DNA of 64,000 nt, from positions 50,118 through 114,117 of the forward strand of contig JAQTZZ010000010.1 in NCBI GenBank assembly GCA_028687545.1, written 5' to 3'. The stretch is from Candidatus Wallbacteria bacterium. Its GTDB lineage: Bacteria > Muiribacteriota > JAQTZZ01. The notes beneath the pieces are model-generated. The model was not told where the DNA came from. It was given only the letters and a program-made list of their open reading frames with translations, and did not search any database. The translations under genes were made by a program, and so were the position numbers. Of this stretch, positions 18,818 through 29,364 are shown in pieces; positions within the stretch are counted from its first letter, which is position 1, and each line of letters starts with the position of its first letter.

Positions 18818-19090
18818 ATGAATAATCACAAAGCCGACATGAATGACGGGATCGTGATCTGCAAAGCAGTGCCTGAGGATGCTGAGATTCTTACTTCTTT
18901 CAGGATCGGAATGCTGGAGAAAAAATTTGTAGTCATCCTGAAAGAGAAAAAGACCGGCACTCTGCAAAGGTCGCTTCTGGAAGCACATATCGAACATCTC
19001 AAAAATCTGCATCGATAAAATCTGCTTTTCCTTTGCGGGCCATTGAAAGACAGTGAATCAGCCTTATTGATCATCAGAGCGAAAAAGATG
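18818..19090 (+). pseudogene. Internally deleted copy of the GNAT-YciI gene
   Basis: MNNHKADMNDGIVICKAVPEDAEILTSFRIGML joins directly to KFVVILKEKKTGTLQRSLLEAHIEHLKNL with a stop. A frame-shifted YciI tail follows (NLLFLCGPLKDSESALLIIRAKKMKDVES). Confidence 0.6.
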
Positions 19091-19102
19091 AAAGATGTAG
19101 AA

Positions 19103-20197
19103 TCAAAATTCAGGTTTTGACACGAAGCAGTCGTTTTTGATCAGTTTCCTGAAGGTGTCCATCACTTTGGGCGATGAATCCAGCCTCAGGTTGGACACGC
19201 TTTGGTCATCATTCTGCCAGATCTCATGCCAGTATGAGACAGCCTGGATTCTGGGGTATTTTTTATCGATGATTGAGTTCAAAGCTTCAGCAATCCATCT
19301 CGCTTTTTTGTCAGATCCGTCATCGTATGCTCCGAATTCCAGCAATGCCAGAGGTTTGATCTTGGTCAGTTTGCAGAGTTTCGGGTAGGCTTTGTCCATC
19401 AATGAAGTGAAGCTCTCCCATTCATCCCCAGGTTTGAGAGGCCCGTATACGCTTACACCTACCCAGTCCACATACTCGTCGCCAGGGTAATAATCCGCGA
19501 ACCTGTTCCAGGCCACGTCCGGGCTGTCTGCGTTATTGATATGGAAAAACCAGGTGACATTGTCGGCCTTTTCAGCTCTGAAGAGTTTCACGATGTGGCG
19601 GAAAGCGTCCCTGTATCGCTCAGGCCCGTCGTACTGATCAGGTTCTCCATATCCATCCTTATTGTTTCCTCCATTCCATTTCGCGTTCCAGGGAAACCAG
19701 TCGCCATTGGCTTCACAGGCAAATTCAATCATCAGGGGAGCCTTGACTTCCCGCGCAGACCGGGCAAAAGCACTCAAATCCTTGTCGAACTGGCCGGAAA
19801 TAATCGCAGAGAGCGTGAATTTTTTCTCAGGGCATGCATCCACGTTTGATCTCGGGATAAGCCTGATATAAGGCAGAACTCCTTCAGCCTGTATCTCTTT
19901 GACTTCAACGGATGGAAAAGTGAAGCCGTCGCCAAAGGTTTTGGAAAAAAAAGCCCAGATTATCGGTTTTCCGGCAATTTCTTCGAAATCAGAGACCTTT
20001 TCCCTGGTCACTGCGTTTTCAAAGCCTGTTTCATTGGGATAACCGCTGAAATCAGGGTATGCGCCAAAATAGATGCCATTAGATGGCGGGAGCAGTTTTT
20101 TTGTGTAATACCCGGACTCGTCGGATGCGGATAAGTTTGATGCAATCAGCCAAAAGATTAAAAGAATATATAGACCCACAGCACCTTGTTTCATCAT
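19103..20197 (-). CDS. Secreted glycoside hydrolase family 26 (beta-mannanase-like)
   Basis: Signal peptide. EFACEANGDW resembles the GH26 acid/base motif RFAHEMNGEW. LLEFGA is a nucleophile-region candidate. Confidence 0.65.
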   Translation of the reverse strand: MMKQGAVGLYILLIFWLIASNLSASDESGYYTKKLLPPSNGIYFGAYPDFSGYPNETGFENAVTREKVSDFEEIAGKPIIWAFFSKTFGDGFTFPSVEVKEIQAEGVLPYIRLIPRSNVDACPEKKFTLSAIISGQFDKDLSAFARSAREVKAPLMIEFACEANGDWFPWNAKWNGGNNKDGYGEPDQYDGPERYRDAFRHIVKLFRAEKADNVTWFFHINNADSPDVAWNRFADYYPGDEYVDWVGVSVYGPLKPGDEWESFTSLMDKAYPKLCKLTKIKPLALLEFGAYDDGSDKKARWIAEALNSIIDKKYPRIQAVSYWHEIWQNDDQSVSNLRLDSSPKVMDTFRKLIKNDCFVSKPEF

Positions 20198-20252
20198 ATA
20201 GCGACCCAGCCTTTCTGTGATTATTGGCGCGACTGATTGGCTTACCTACTTT

Positions 20253-21989
20253 TCAGGGCTGCAAAACCCGCAGCAAGGCCTGATAAGCTGATTTCTGGTG
20301 ATACGAGGAGTCGTAGAGCAGAGAATCAGCATAATGCGCCCCCCAGTTTGGAGAGGAATAATTATCCCCGCTTTCGCCTCCGTTTACCGGATCAGACATT
20401 GAGCCGTATTTGTCAGTGAATCCCCACATCCCGAAACTCCGGCAGAGAGGATTTTTGACGAAATCGCAGCAGACAGCCAGTTTGTCGGAAAAAAGGGCTG
20501 GTCTTTTGGAAGCACCTGCAACATCGAGTTCAGAGATTCTGACCTTGACTCCCTTTGCCGAGATCCTGGCCATATTTTTCAGACACTCTGAAGCCACTGA
20601 AGGGTCTCCCTCAGGATCGTAATTATGGGCCTGGAAACCGACACCGTCGATTTTTTCTCCGTTTGATTCGATGTATCCGATCAGAGAAAGCACATTGTCA
20701 ACAATCTTGCTGTTCGAAGCCTGATCTATGCCGAACTCGTTGATCCAGAGTTCACATGCCGGGTCAGCGGCGCGGGCAGCCCTGATCGCTTCCAGGATGT
20801 ATGATGGCCCCATGGCCCAGAACCAGACCGAAGGATCGCTTTCCTCTTCCTTGCCGTTTCGAAGACCATAGGGATGATTCGCGTCAAGGGTCTGAAAATC
20901 ATGGGAAAAGATTTCATTCAACAGGTCCCATTCCTCAATTTTGCCCTTGTATCTAGTGACAAGAGCGGTGATATGCTCAGTCATCACGGATTTCATCCGA
21001 TCCCTGTCTCCTTTGCCGTTCGCATAAATCTCCCAGACCCAGCCTGGAAGAGCCTCGTGCCACACAAGACAATGCCCGTGGATGCGCATGCCGTTAACAT
21101 CCGCGAAATCTACCAATGCATCTGCTTCTGCCCAGGCATAGCTTTGCTCCTGCGGATGCACTGCCTGAAATTTCAGGCACATTTCCGGGGTAACCATGCT
21201 GAATTCACAGGCAAGCGTCTTACCATACTGAGGATCTGACATGAGGGGCTCGACATTGCCGGCTGTACCGATCCAGAATTCATGGGTTAATCGCGAAGCC
21301 CGCGCCCTGAGAGAGTCAGGATTCACCGGATAGGACCTGATGCATTCATGATAGTTGTCATGGATAGAAACGCCAGATCCGCAGGCCGAAAGACTTTGCA
21401 GCAGAAATCCGCCTCCTGCCTCTGCGTCAGCTCCGAAATAGATCTTACTGTCAGTAAAAACAGTATCTTTGGCCTTGCCGATTTCAGCGCCATTCACAGA
21501 GAATTTCAGAAATCCGCCGGAACCGCTCAGGCCGATCTCCACTGCTCCGCTCAAGCCCTTCTTCAGGAAGTTCTGCTTTTTCATGTTGAGCCAGATTTCC
21601 AGAATGCCGTTTTTCAAGCCGAACCGGACATTTTTACCGTCTATGCGCCATTCGTCGTAGCAGATTGGAATGGAGCCATAAAAATCCAGAAAGGCCGATT
21701 TCTCCGGATTCTTTGTATTATCAATCACGGCACTGATCTGGAAATCTCCGGTCAGATCCAGTCTCGGACCGCAGAGATTTACAGGCGGATTGAAATACCA
21801 TTTCCCGCCCCCTGCTCTGGGCCGGATCTTCCTGTCCAGCGGAGTGATCTCGACTCCTCCTTTGACCGGGACAGCTCCGGAAAAACGGGTCCAGTCGCCT
21901 GCCAGAAGATCGTATGCCTGAGGCTCTGCACCGGATGCAGAACAGGTCAGGACAGTTACTATAAACAGTGTTGCAAGGATTTTTGTCAT
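20253..21989 (-). CDS. Secreted GH10 endo-1,4-beta-xylanase with an ~220-aa N-terminal accessory domain
   Basis: Signal peptide. WDLLNE (acid/base) and ISELDV (nucleophile) correspond to GH10 WDVVNE/ITELD. Confidence 0.8.
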   Translation of the reverse strand: MTKILATLFIVTVLTCSASGAEPQAYDLLAGDWTRFSGAVPVKGGVEITPLDRKIRPRAGGGKWYFNPPVNLCGPRLDLTGDFQISAVIDNTKNPEKSAFLDFYGSIPICYDEWRIDGKNVRFGLKNGILEIWLNMKKQNFLKKGLSGAVEIGLSGSGGFLKFSVNGAEIGKAKDTVFTDSKIYFGADAEAGGGFLLQSLSACGSGVSIHDNYHECIRSYPVNPDSLRARASRLTHEFWIGTAGNVEPLMSDPQYGKTLACEFSMVTPEMCLKFQAVHPQEQSYAWAEADALVDFADVNGMRIHGHCLVWHEALPGWVWEIYANGKGDRDRMKSVMTEHITALVTRYKGKIEEWDLLNEIFSHDFQTLDANHPYGLRNGKEEESDPSVWFWAMGPSYILEAIRAARAADPACELWINEFGIDQASNSKIVDNVLSLIGYIESNGEKIDGVGFQAHNYDPEGDPSVASECLKNMARISAKGVKVRISELDVAGASKRPALFSDKLAVCCDFVKNPLCRSFGMWGFTDKYGSMSDPVNGGESGDNYSSPNWGAHYADSLLYDSSYHQKSAYQALLRVLQP

Positions 21990-22131
21990 ATCCTATTCCT
22001 GAATGCTGAACTTTATAGAATTATAACCAGTTATTTATAGAATTGTAAGCAGCAAATTGCGTCAAATGAGTACGCCGTTAATTTGCTGCGTGCTTTGCAG
22101 AGCAATTTAACTATACAGAGGCGGTCCGCCT

Positions 22132-23295
22132 TCAGATTACCTTTCCAGCCCAGAGTTGATCAAGAAAGTTTTTCCATGGCAATATCTCGATCCTATTGTG
22201 AATTCTCTTCTCTTTCTCATTACATACCAAAATACTTTTTCTTGAGGGATGTGCTTCACGGAAGGATTCCAATCCGTTGATTTCTTTTGCTTCAACACGG
22301 CTGGTTCCCTTTACTTCAACGGCAACTTCTCCTTCCCCGAGTATGAAATCTACCTCCAGGCCTGCTTTAGTTCTCCAGAAATTAATTGCATAATCCTTGC
22401 CGCTGTATGACTTGTATGCCACCATCTCCATCAGCATGAAGTGCTCGAAAGCCTTGCCGAATTCAGCGCCTCTTTGCTCCACTATGTGCCTTTTCGTCAG
22501 GCAGCCTGCCACCCCTACATCAAACAAATAGAATTTGGAAGCCTTTGTTATGACCTGGCGCGATTGCTTCGTTTTAAAAGGCTCAACCCGAACCGCAAGC
22601 AGCGTATCCATGAGAATCTGATAATATTCCTTTACAGTTTTCGAATCTACCCCGCAATCCCGGGCGATATTGCAATAATTGGTCATCTCCCCGTGGCTGT
22701 ATCCGAATGCATCGAAAAACCTTGAAAAAGCCGGTATGTTCCGCGTCAGGCCTTCCGCAAAGACCTCCTCACGCAGATAGTCCTGCACATAAGCCTTCAG
22801 TGATTTTTTACAGTCAGCGTCATTTTGCAGATAATGCCGCGGTATCAGACCATGATTCAGAACGTGCAGCAGGTCGATGCTCCCGATCTCCTGGCTGACA
22901 AACGGAAAAAGTTCATAACGCCATGCCCTTCCGCCCAACAGATTGGCCTGGCCCCGCTTGAGTTTCCTCGCACTGGAACCGCAAAGCACAAATCTCAAAC
23001 CCTTTTCTTCTATCAGCGAATGCACTTCATCGAGTACCTGGGGTACCTTCTGCACTTCATCGAGTATTATCGGCTTTCTCAAGGATGCATCGTCTTTCGC
23101 AAGGATCAGTTCGCGCAGGAGCGACGGTTTTTTTGAGACTTCTAAGAACAAATCGGTTTTTAAAAAATCATATGTCAGACTATCAGGAAACCTTGCTTTC
23201 AGATAAGTTGTTTTTCCTGTCTTCCTGGCACCCCACAGAAAAGCCGATTGCCGCTCAGGAAGTTTTATCTTCAGTATTCTTTTCAGATTTTCCAC
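22132..23295 (-). CDS. AAA+ ATPase of the DUF4143/COG1373 family
   Basis: Walker A GARKTGKTT. About 390 aa with the typical COG1373 layout. Confidence 0.8.
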   Translation of the reverse strand: MENLKRILKIKLPERQSAFLWGARKTGKTTYLKARFPDSLTYDFLKTDLFLEVSKKPSLLRELILAKDDASLRKPIILDEVQKVPQVLDEVHSLIEEKGLRFVLCGSSARKLKRGQANLLGGRAWRYELFPFVSQEIGSIDLLHVLNHGLIPRHYLQNDADCKKSLKAYVQDYLREEVFAEGLTRNIPAFSRFFDAFGYSHGEMTNYCNIARDCGVDSKTVKEYYQILMDTLLAVRVEPFKTKQSRQVITKASKFYLFDVGVAGCLTKRHIVEQRGAEFGKAFEHFMLMEMVAYKSYSGKDYAINFWRTKAGLEVDFILGEGEVAVEVKGTSRVEAKEINGLESFREAHPSRKSILVCNEKEKRIHNRIEILPWKNFLDQLWAGKVI

Positions 23296-23470
23296 AAGAA
23301 TTAACCTCCAATATAGTTTAACTAATTTGGAGTATATTCCGTTTCAGTAATTTAGTCAAGCCGGGGCAAGGAAATTTGCCCACTCAGCTATGTAGAGGCT
23401 CTCAATTACTATTGATTATGAAAAAAAGCTGAAAACCTGTTCTGATTCTGCTGCACAATTGCTGCAACTT

Positions 23471-23501
23471 AATGCTCAAACCCAAGAGTGATTTGAGCAT
23501 T
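23471..23501. promoter_or_regulatory. Perfect 10-bp inverted repeat upstream of the SBP gene. Possible operator or terminator.
   Basis: aatgctcaaa-N11-tttgagcatt. A TGCTGCA-N4-TGCTGCA direct repeat lies just upstream (about 23449-23467). Confidence 0.3.
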
Positions 23502-23515
23502 GACATAAATGTTCC

Positions 23516-25219
23516 ATGAAAGCATACTATCTTCAGAGAGCTCTTTTGTACAATCTGTGGATCAGGTTTTTTTTACTTCTGATTTTTGCTGCCGCTATTT
23601 TCTCCTGCTGGCAGAAAGAAGACTTGGACAAAATTCCAGGATCTGACAAGGACTCGGCAGAAGCGGAGATTTCTCCATCCCCTTCATACGGAGATACCAT
23701 TATCAGCCTTGGAGATTCTCCTCCTGATTATTACATACCATTTCTTTACGAGGAAGAAGAATATTGGGACATTTTTTCCATGCTCTATAACAGACTTTAC
23801 GATCTTTCGGATTCTGATGAAGTATTATCTGACCCGCATCGCATCCTGGTTCATCTTAAGAAAGATGTCCGATGGCATGACCAGCTTGATTTTACAGCTG
23901 ACGACGTGGTTTTCACGTTTAGAGCGATTCTGGATCCTGAAGTTCAATCCCCTTGGCGTAAAAAGTATAGCCCTATCCTGAGATCTGTTGAAGCGGCTGA
24001 TCCTTTTACAGTTGTGTTCATCTGCAGTGAAACGGCTGCAGATGAAATCTTTGATTGTTTCATACTGCCTGCTCATCTTCTCCATGGTTCGAATCCAAGG
24101 GATACACCTTTTAACAGAAATCCTGTGGGAACCGGCCCCTTCCATTTTACAGACTACACTCCTGGCGAGGAGCTGAGGCTTGACAATTTCAAGGGCTATT
24201 TCAAGGGAAGACCCTTTGTCGACAGCATGATTATCAGATTTATCCCTGACGAGTCCGCTGCTTTCCTGGCAATGCTAAACGGAAAAATTGATATGATGTA
24301 TGTTTCAGTCAACCTCCTGGAACGAAAAATTTCCGATCCTTTGTTCAGTTCAAAGTTCAATGTCTATCTTAGTCAGAGGGCTACCAGCTTTTTATCAATA
24401 CAATATAACTGCACCGATTCTGTTCTTAAAGATTTTAAAGTCAGGCAGGCGCTTACGCTGGCACTTGACCGCAAGCGCCTTATCGATGAAGTTGAGTACG
24501 GGTACGGCATTGAATTCGCAGGTCCGTTCCATCCCCTATCAGAATACAGTGATCCTGACGTTAAACCGTTGCCATTCTCACCCCAATCAGCCCGCAGACT
24601 CCTGGCAGATGCAGGATGGAGTGACAGTAACCATGATGGTCGGCTGGACAAAGATGGCAGGCAACTCACGATAGAAGTCGTCATGGTCAACTGGAAAGAA
24701 AGAGACAGCTGGTTTTCAGATGTGATGCGCACCCAAAAGCTCACCATTGGACTGATCAAAGAAATGTGGAATGAAATCGGTGTTGGACTTTCAGTGAAAC
24801 CGGTTGATATAAATGAGTTGATGACTCTGAATAACAGTCGTGAGTTCTCGGCAGTACTTTTATGGTCAGACCTGAAACCGGATCTATCCGGCAATTACAG
24901 TCTCTGGCATTCTTTGCAAAATCCGGGACTGACCAGGGAGATTCCAAATGATGTCTTCAATCTTACAGGATACTCTAATCCTGAGGTGGACAGCATGCTG
25001 GAACAGGCCTTGTCGGAAACTGATCCTCAGGTTGTTGCAGGACTTTGCCGCCGAGTCCACAGGATCATTCATTCTGAACAACCTTGTTCATGGCTGTTTC
25101 TGGTGCCAGACGCGCTGGTGGCTGATAAAAGGATTTATGGAATTGAAACAATTGACGGCGAAATTGTGGTCCAGCCGGAACGTCTTTATGTACCGATAAA
25201 CATGCAGAAATATCATTGA
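23516..25219 (+). CDS. ABC transporter substrate-binding protein, family 5 (peptide/oligosaccharide/nickel type)
   Basis: Hydrophobic N-terminus with a Cys. Length and SBP_bac_5-like sequence landmarks. Confidence 0.6.
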   Translation: MKAYYLQRALLYNLWIRFFLLLIFAAAIFSCWQKEDLDKIPGSDKDSAEAEISPSPSYGDTIISLGDSPPDYYIPFLYEEEEYWDIFSMLYNRLYDLSDSDEVLSDPHRILVHLKKDVRWHDQLDFTADDVVFTFRAILDPEVQSPWRKKYSPILRSVEAADPFTVVFICSETAADEIFDCFILPAHLLHGSNPRDTPFNRNPVGTGPFHFTDYTPGEELRLDNFKGYFKGRPFVDSMIIRFIPDESAAFLAMLNGKIDMMYVSVNLLERKISDPLFSSKFNVYLSQRATSFLSIQYNCTDSVLKDFKVRQALTLALDRKRLIDEVEYGYGIEFAGPFHPLSEYSDPDVKPLPFSPQSARRLLADAGWSDSNHDGRLDKDGRQLTIEVVMVNWKERDSWFSDVMRTQKLTIGLIKEMWNEIGVGLSVKPVDINELMTLNNSREFSAVLLWSDLKPDLSGNYSLWHSLQNPGLTREIPNDVFNLTGYSNPEVDSMLEQALSETDPQVVAGLCRRVHRIIHSEQPCSWLFLVPDALVADKRIYGIETIDGEIVVQPERLYVPINMQKYH

Positions 25220-25291
25220 GTTCTCTTTTGCCGCGTTTTAGTAGGGGCATTCGGGAATAATCCGGACATAATCAAATCGTATGGGGTATAA

Positions 25292-25984
25292 GTGAGGAGT
25301 GCAGGATCTTCCAGAATAGGTAAGGAGGAAAATAACCGGAATACGTTCATTCTTCAGGAATGTGTATTTGGTCATTCCCAGGCCTGGCAGGATAAAACCG
25401 GAATCACACAACTGAAGTACTATGATCGATATGTCGAGGAATTGCTGGATAGTCTTCAGAAACAAGATTTATGGGAAAAAACTCTTCTGATTCTCACAGC
25501 TGATCACGGTTCACGTCGGAATCCGGCTGATCCTGAAAATTACAGGATTCCATTAATCTTCCGGGGCGGCATGGACAAACCTGGAAGAGATGATCGGTTT
25601 CTTTCGCAACTTTGTTTTGCCCGTCTGATCCGGGAACTTGAATCGCCCGATTCAGAGGAGCAAACTGACGAACCGATTCTGACTGTAGGACATTCCGGAC
25701 AATGGGTATATGGTGAAATCCGGCCCAATGGGGATTGCCAGTTCATTGAAAATTCACGAGGGAAACTCCTGAGAAGCCAAGGAAATCTGAACCCTCTTGA
25801 CTTGCAACAGATTTCAAAAATATTTAAACCAATTTACAGCACAATTTCCCGATCTTCGCTAAGTGGCCTTCCCTCCCAAGCAAGTGCACCCTGCCTGGCG
25901 CACAATAAAAGGGTGTGTCCAAAAAGTAGGACAGCCCCTTTTTACTTGTGCAGCAACCAGGCCGTATTTCTCCGACACTGCTGA
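25292..25984 (+). pseudogene. C-terminal remnant of a sulfatase/LtaS-type (alkaline phosphatase superfamily) gene
   Basis: YYDRYVEELLDSL...TLLILTADHG is typical of the sulfatase C-domain. The N-terminal catalytic domain is absent and the ORF's first residues look out of context. Confidence 0.45.
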
Positions 25985-26083
25985 GAAATTAGTGGTGTAG
26001 TCCTGGAAAATTGATTCCTAATCCGGCTCAAATACACATGGAACGAGAATTACAGATATAGGGACTCTGCAGTCGGATCGGAC

Positions 26084-27337
26084 ATGGACTGGAATTACAC
26101 TTTCACGGATCTCAGCCTGGTCATGGACATGTATATCACACCTGACATATATCTTGCCGCTGATTTCGAGAAATTCAGCTACTGGAACACATCCGGAGGG
26201 GAATGGACAAGCGGCAAAATTACAGGGTCAGGATTTAATTTCAATACAGACAGTGGCTTCAGGACATATTACTCGTATATAGATGTGAAGGACTTTGGCT
26301 GGGCCGATGAAATGAAGTTCGGACGCCAGCATTACATCATCGGCCAGGGGCTGCTGATCAAGGGCATGGGCGATGGAATCCAGGCTGAAAAAAAAATCTG
26401 TGCAAAAAATGACACAATAGTCACTGTCGCGGGCATCAAGGACGACTCTGCAGACACAGGTTCACTCGGGGTCAGCAATGATAACGAAGGCATAGATCTT
26501 TTATACTCTGACTTGAGTTTCGACCTGAAGGATCTGCAGGCAGACCTGTATCTTGTCAATCAGCGTGATCCTCTCTCCGGCGTGGGAACAGGCTTCTACG
26601 ACGCCACAACCACCTGGAAGCATGTGCACAGGAACAACTGGTACGGGCTCTCCTTATACGGGAAACCGGCGAACTCTCTCGAACTGTATGGAGAATATTC
26701 CAGGCTCAGATGGGATGAAAGCGTGGATGTGAACGGTGACGGAGCTGCTGAAAACGGAGATCCCGGCTATCTGGCAGGCCTCAGGTGGAATGTGAATCAG
26801 AAAACCGCGTTTAAACTCCAGTACGACAAGTTCGGGGAATGGTTCCACCGCCCGATGGACAGCGCCTGGGGTACGATCTGGGGTTACAACACAGGCCTGG
26901 ACTTCGATGACGATATCTTGTTCGATCCTGCAGGGTACCGCATGAATTTCCACGATCTGATGACTGAGCTGTCTTTCAAGGTTTCCAAAAAGAGCACACT
27001 GCTCGGGCGATATGAAAAGATCAATGACAACTGCACATATGCCGCCCTCTCTGAACCTGACAGCAGGAAAGTCTTTACCGGCCAGTACCTTTATCAGTAT
27101 AAGGAAAACACCACACTGACTCTGACTTACCGGAAGATAAACGTTAATCAGAATGAAACTTCATCTGCAGCGGGAACCCAGGTCGCATCCGGCAGCACTA
27201 ATCCGTTTGCCGGAGTGCATGGCTTTGGCGGGGATGGATTCGGAAATGTGAGCGGGACTTCGGGAACAGACGGGAAAAATCCATATCTAGTGGATGACGT
27301 CACATTCCTCAGACTTTCTCTGGACGTTGCATTTTAG
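26084..27337 (+). CDS. Outer-membrane beta-barrel-like protein, probably 5'-truncated
   Basis: Alternating amphipathic segments rich in Y, G and D. The C-terminus is ...LSLDVAF (aromatic terminal residue). No signal peptide, and there is an in-frame stop 24 codons upstream. Confidence 0.35.
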   Translation: MDWNYTFTDLSLVMDMYITPDIYLAADFEKFSYWNTSGGEWTSGKITGSGFNFNTDSGFRTYYSYIDVKDFGWADEMKFGRQHYIIGQGLLIKGMGDGIQAEKKICAKNDTIVTVAGIKDDSADTGSLGVSNDNEGIDLLYSDLSFDLKDLQADLYLVNQRDPLSGVGTGFYDATTTWKHVHRNNWYGLSLYGKPANSLELYGEYSRLRWDESVDVNGDGAAENGDPGYLAGLRWNVNQKTAFKLQYDKFGEWFHRPMDSAWGTIWGYNTGLDFDDDILFDPAGYRMNFHDLMTELSFKVSKKSTLLGRYEKINDNCTYAALSEPDSRKVFTGQYLYQYKENTTLTLTYRKINVNQNETSSAAGTQVASGSTNPFAGVHGFGGDGFGNVSGTSGTDGKNPYLVDDVTFLRLSLDVAF

Positions 27338-27501
27338 CGGCATCCAAGAGAAAAATTGGATATTGGCCAACTCCATATCCATAGATTATCAATTACTGAT
27401 CGAAGAAATCAGGAACGTGGTACGCAGGGATTTCCAGGAGAGCTGCAAAATCTCATCTTTATCATGTAGAATATCAAAACAAGTTTCTCAACATTTATTG
27501 G

Positions 27502-28371
27502 CTACTGAGCATCTTTAAACAACACCCGTCCGGACAGCGTTTTGTCAACCACCCCCGGTCGTCCCCCCATGCCGGAAAAAGTTCGCGCCTTGATATAGGC
27601 TTCAGCGTAAGTAACATCCGCTGAGTATCCATTTACAATAGCCATGTGCTCATACATACCCCACCAGTCAGCCGGACCCTGCGATTTCTGCTGATAAAGT
27701 GCTACCTGCTTTTTCTTGATCACATCCGTGATATCAACATAATCCGTAGGGACAAACTGAAAAGACTTGGTGTGCGGGCTGTTGCTGGTTTCATAAAAAT
27801 AGAGGTCGAATCCGAATTGCCTGTTCTGGAACACACGCCAGGCCAGCAGCCCGGATGCCTGGTGGTCTGAGTGTACATCAAGAGGCCACGGTGCCAGCAC
27901 GATATCGGGTTTAAGCCGCAGCAGAATTCTTATCAATCTGTCAGTTGACGCTTTGTCAACTGCAAGGGATCCGTCAATTGCCCCGAAAAGCTCTACCTGT
28001 GCCCCTAATACTCCGGCTGCATTGTGGGCTTCCCTGGCGCGGATCGCCCGCGCTTCTTCCTGACTTTTCCCCCAGATTCCAAGCTCCCCGCCGGTCATGG
28101 TCAGAATGACTGCCCTGTCTCCTGCTGCAGTCGAATTGGCTATCAACCCTCCGCAGGATGCTTCCCCGTCATCGGGATGAGGGGCAATCACAACAATTGT
28201 CCGCTGAGCGGATGTTTGACCGTAGACTTGGAGAGCTGAAACGAGGATACAGAAAAATACAATTATTCCTTTCATGGTAATTTCCTTCATTAAAGTTTTC
28301 ATTATGAATGCCTCGCTTTGGAAATGAGGGAATAATGATATTATTCTACGATACAGCTGCCTCCTCTTCAA
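27502..28371 (-). CDS. PIG-L/LmbE-family deacetylase
   Basis: AHPDDGE and HSDHQASG motifs. The probable real start is at 28278 (MKGIIVFFCILVSALQVYGQ signal peptide). Confidence 0.8.
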   Translation of the reverse strand: MKRRQLYRRIISLFPHFQSEAFIMKTLMKEITMKGIIVFFCILVSALQVYGQTSAQRTIVVIAPHPDDGEASCGGLIANSTAAGDRAVILTMTGGELGIWGKSQEEARAIRAREAHNAAGVLGAQVELFGAIDGSLAVDKASTDRLIRILLRLKPDIVLAPWPLDVHSDHQASGLLAWRVFQNRQFGFDLYFYETSNSPHTKSFQFVPTDYVDITDVIKKKQVALYQQKSQGPADWWGMYEHMAIVNGYSADVTYAEAYIKARTFSGMGGRPGVVDKTLSGRVLFKDAQ

Positions 28372-28672
28372 TGTTAAAGATGCCGCTTAAAGCAAATGGC
28401 ATAGACCAATGTGGAATGCTTCGGTGCTTCACAGATCCCAAGATGATTGAGCTTTCCATGGCAGCTCTGCAGCCCGAAACAAATATCCCCAAATTCTAAC
28501 CGGTTTAAAGGACATCAAGCTGTTCAGAGATGTCCTGGCCGCTGACGACGAGATAATCAGCGAAAGGCTGAGAAGGCTTTCAGCCATTCTTAAGGAAATG
28601 GGGTTTTAAAGGATTTATGGTCGGAAAAGCTTGAAGGTATAGTTTTTTATTAAGACGGGGAGGGCAATAAGC

Positions 28673-28991
28673 ATGAAAGTAACGGTATTCAACGGAAGCC
28701 CTAAAGCAAGAAACAGCAATACCGATGTTACTGTTCAAGCATTTTTATGTGGCGCAAAAAGGGCAGGAGCTGAAACTGAAACAGTTTACTTTGGAGATTT
28801 ACCGTAATTGTGGCATGCTGTTGAAAAAGGAAGATGCCAAAATAAAAAGCAAGGTTGCGTTGTACCTTGAACATGTCAATGCCGCCGGGTTTGAAATGAT
28901 TTCCCAAGATAAGGTAAGCGTGGATACGATTAGGGAATTGGAAAAAGAATTGGTTTCTTTGGATGAGTATTTGGAAATATTGAGAATGTAA
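28673..28991 (+). pseudogene. Disrupted NAD(P)H-dependent FMN reductase (flavodoxin-like) gene
   Basis: MKVTVFNGSPKARNSNTDVTVQAFLCGAKRAGAETETVYFGDLP then a stop at about 28807. Track ORF 28725-28991 continues in another frame. Confidence 0.4.
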
Positions 28992-29064
28992 ACTTTCTGA
29001 AGCGGATCGCTACCGTTCCAATTCGCTGCTGACAAGCACTTTATCCGCAGCCCGTGCTATTTAA

Positions 29065-29113
29065 CGGCTCTCATCCATTCCCTATCTTCAAATCTGTCTT
29101 CGATCAGAAAATG
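29065..29113. repeat. Third copy (partial) of the TfoX 3'-end repeat
   Basis: ctcatccattccctatcttcaaatctgtcttcgatcagaaaat versus ctgatccattcacggtcttcaaacctgtcttcgatcagaaaat at about 36040-36085. Confidence 0.45.
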
Positions 29114-29328
29114 GGCGGAAAAATATCTTCATTTCAAACCCGAATTGGATCTTAATTATCCCGGACAGTGGGATCAGGAAAAATCACGTCAGGCGGACAA
29201 CCCCAACCATGCTGATTTGACAGTCACGTTTTTTTGCTGCTTGAATTTCATGAAGTCCCGTCTGAACGGTAGATAGGGCACAATTAAAAATTCCCGGAAA
29301 TTCACCATTCACAAATTTGATAATGTTA

Positions 29329-29356
29329 TTGACAACACTTCCCGGCACTGTATAAT
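29329..29356 (+). promoter_or_regulatory. Near-consensus sigma70-type promoter
   Basis: TTGACA-16 nt-TATAAT, about 160 nt upstream of the 29517 ATG. Confidence 0.6.
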
Positions 29357-29364
29357 AAAAATAT

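Noticed and set aside
21348-22040. 230-aa plus-strand ORF
   Set aside because: Antisense to the GH10 xylanase, which has both catalytic motifs.
23449-23467. TGCTGCA-N4-TGCTGCA direct repeat as a regulator-binding site
   Set aside because: Too short, and I could not link it to a neighbouring regulator gene. I mention it only alongside the 10-bp inverted repeat.
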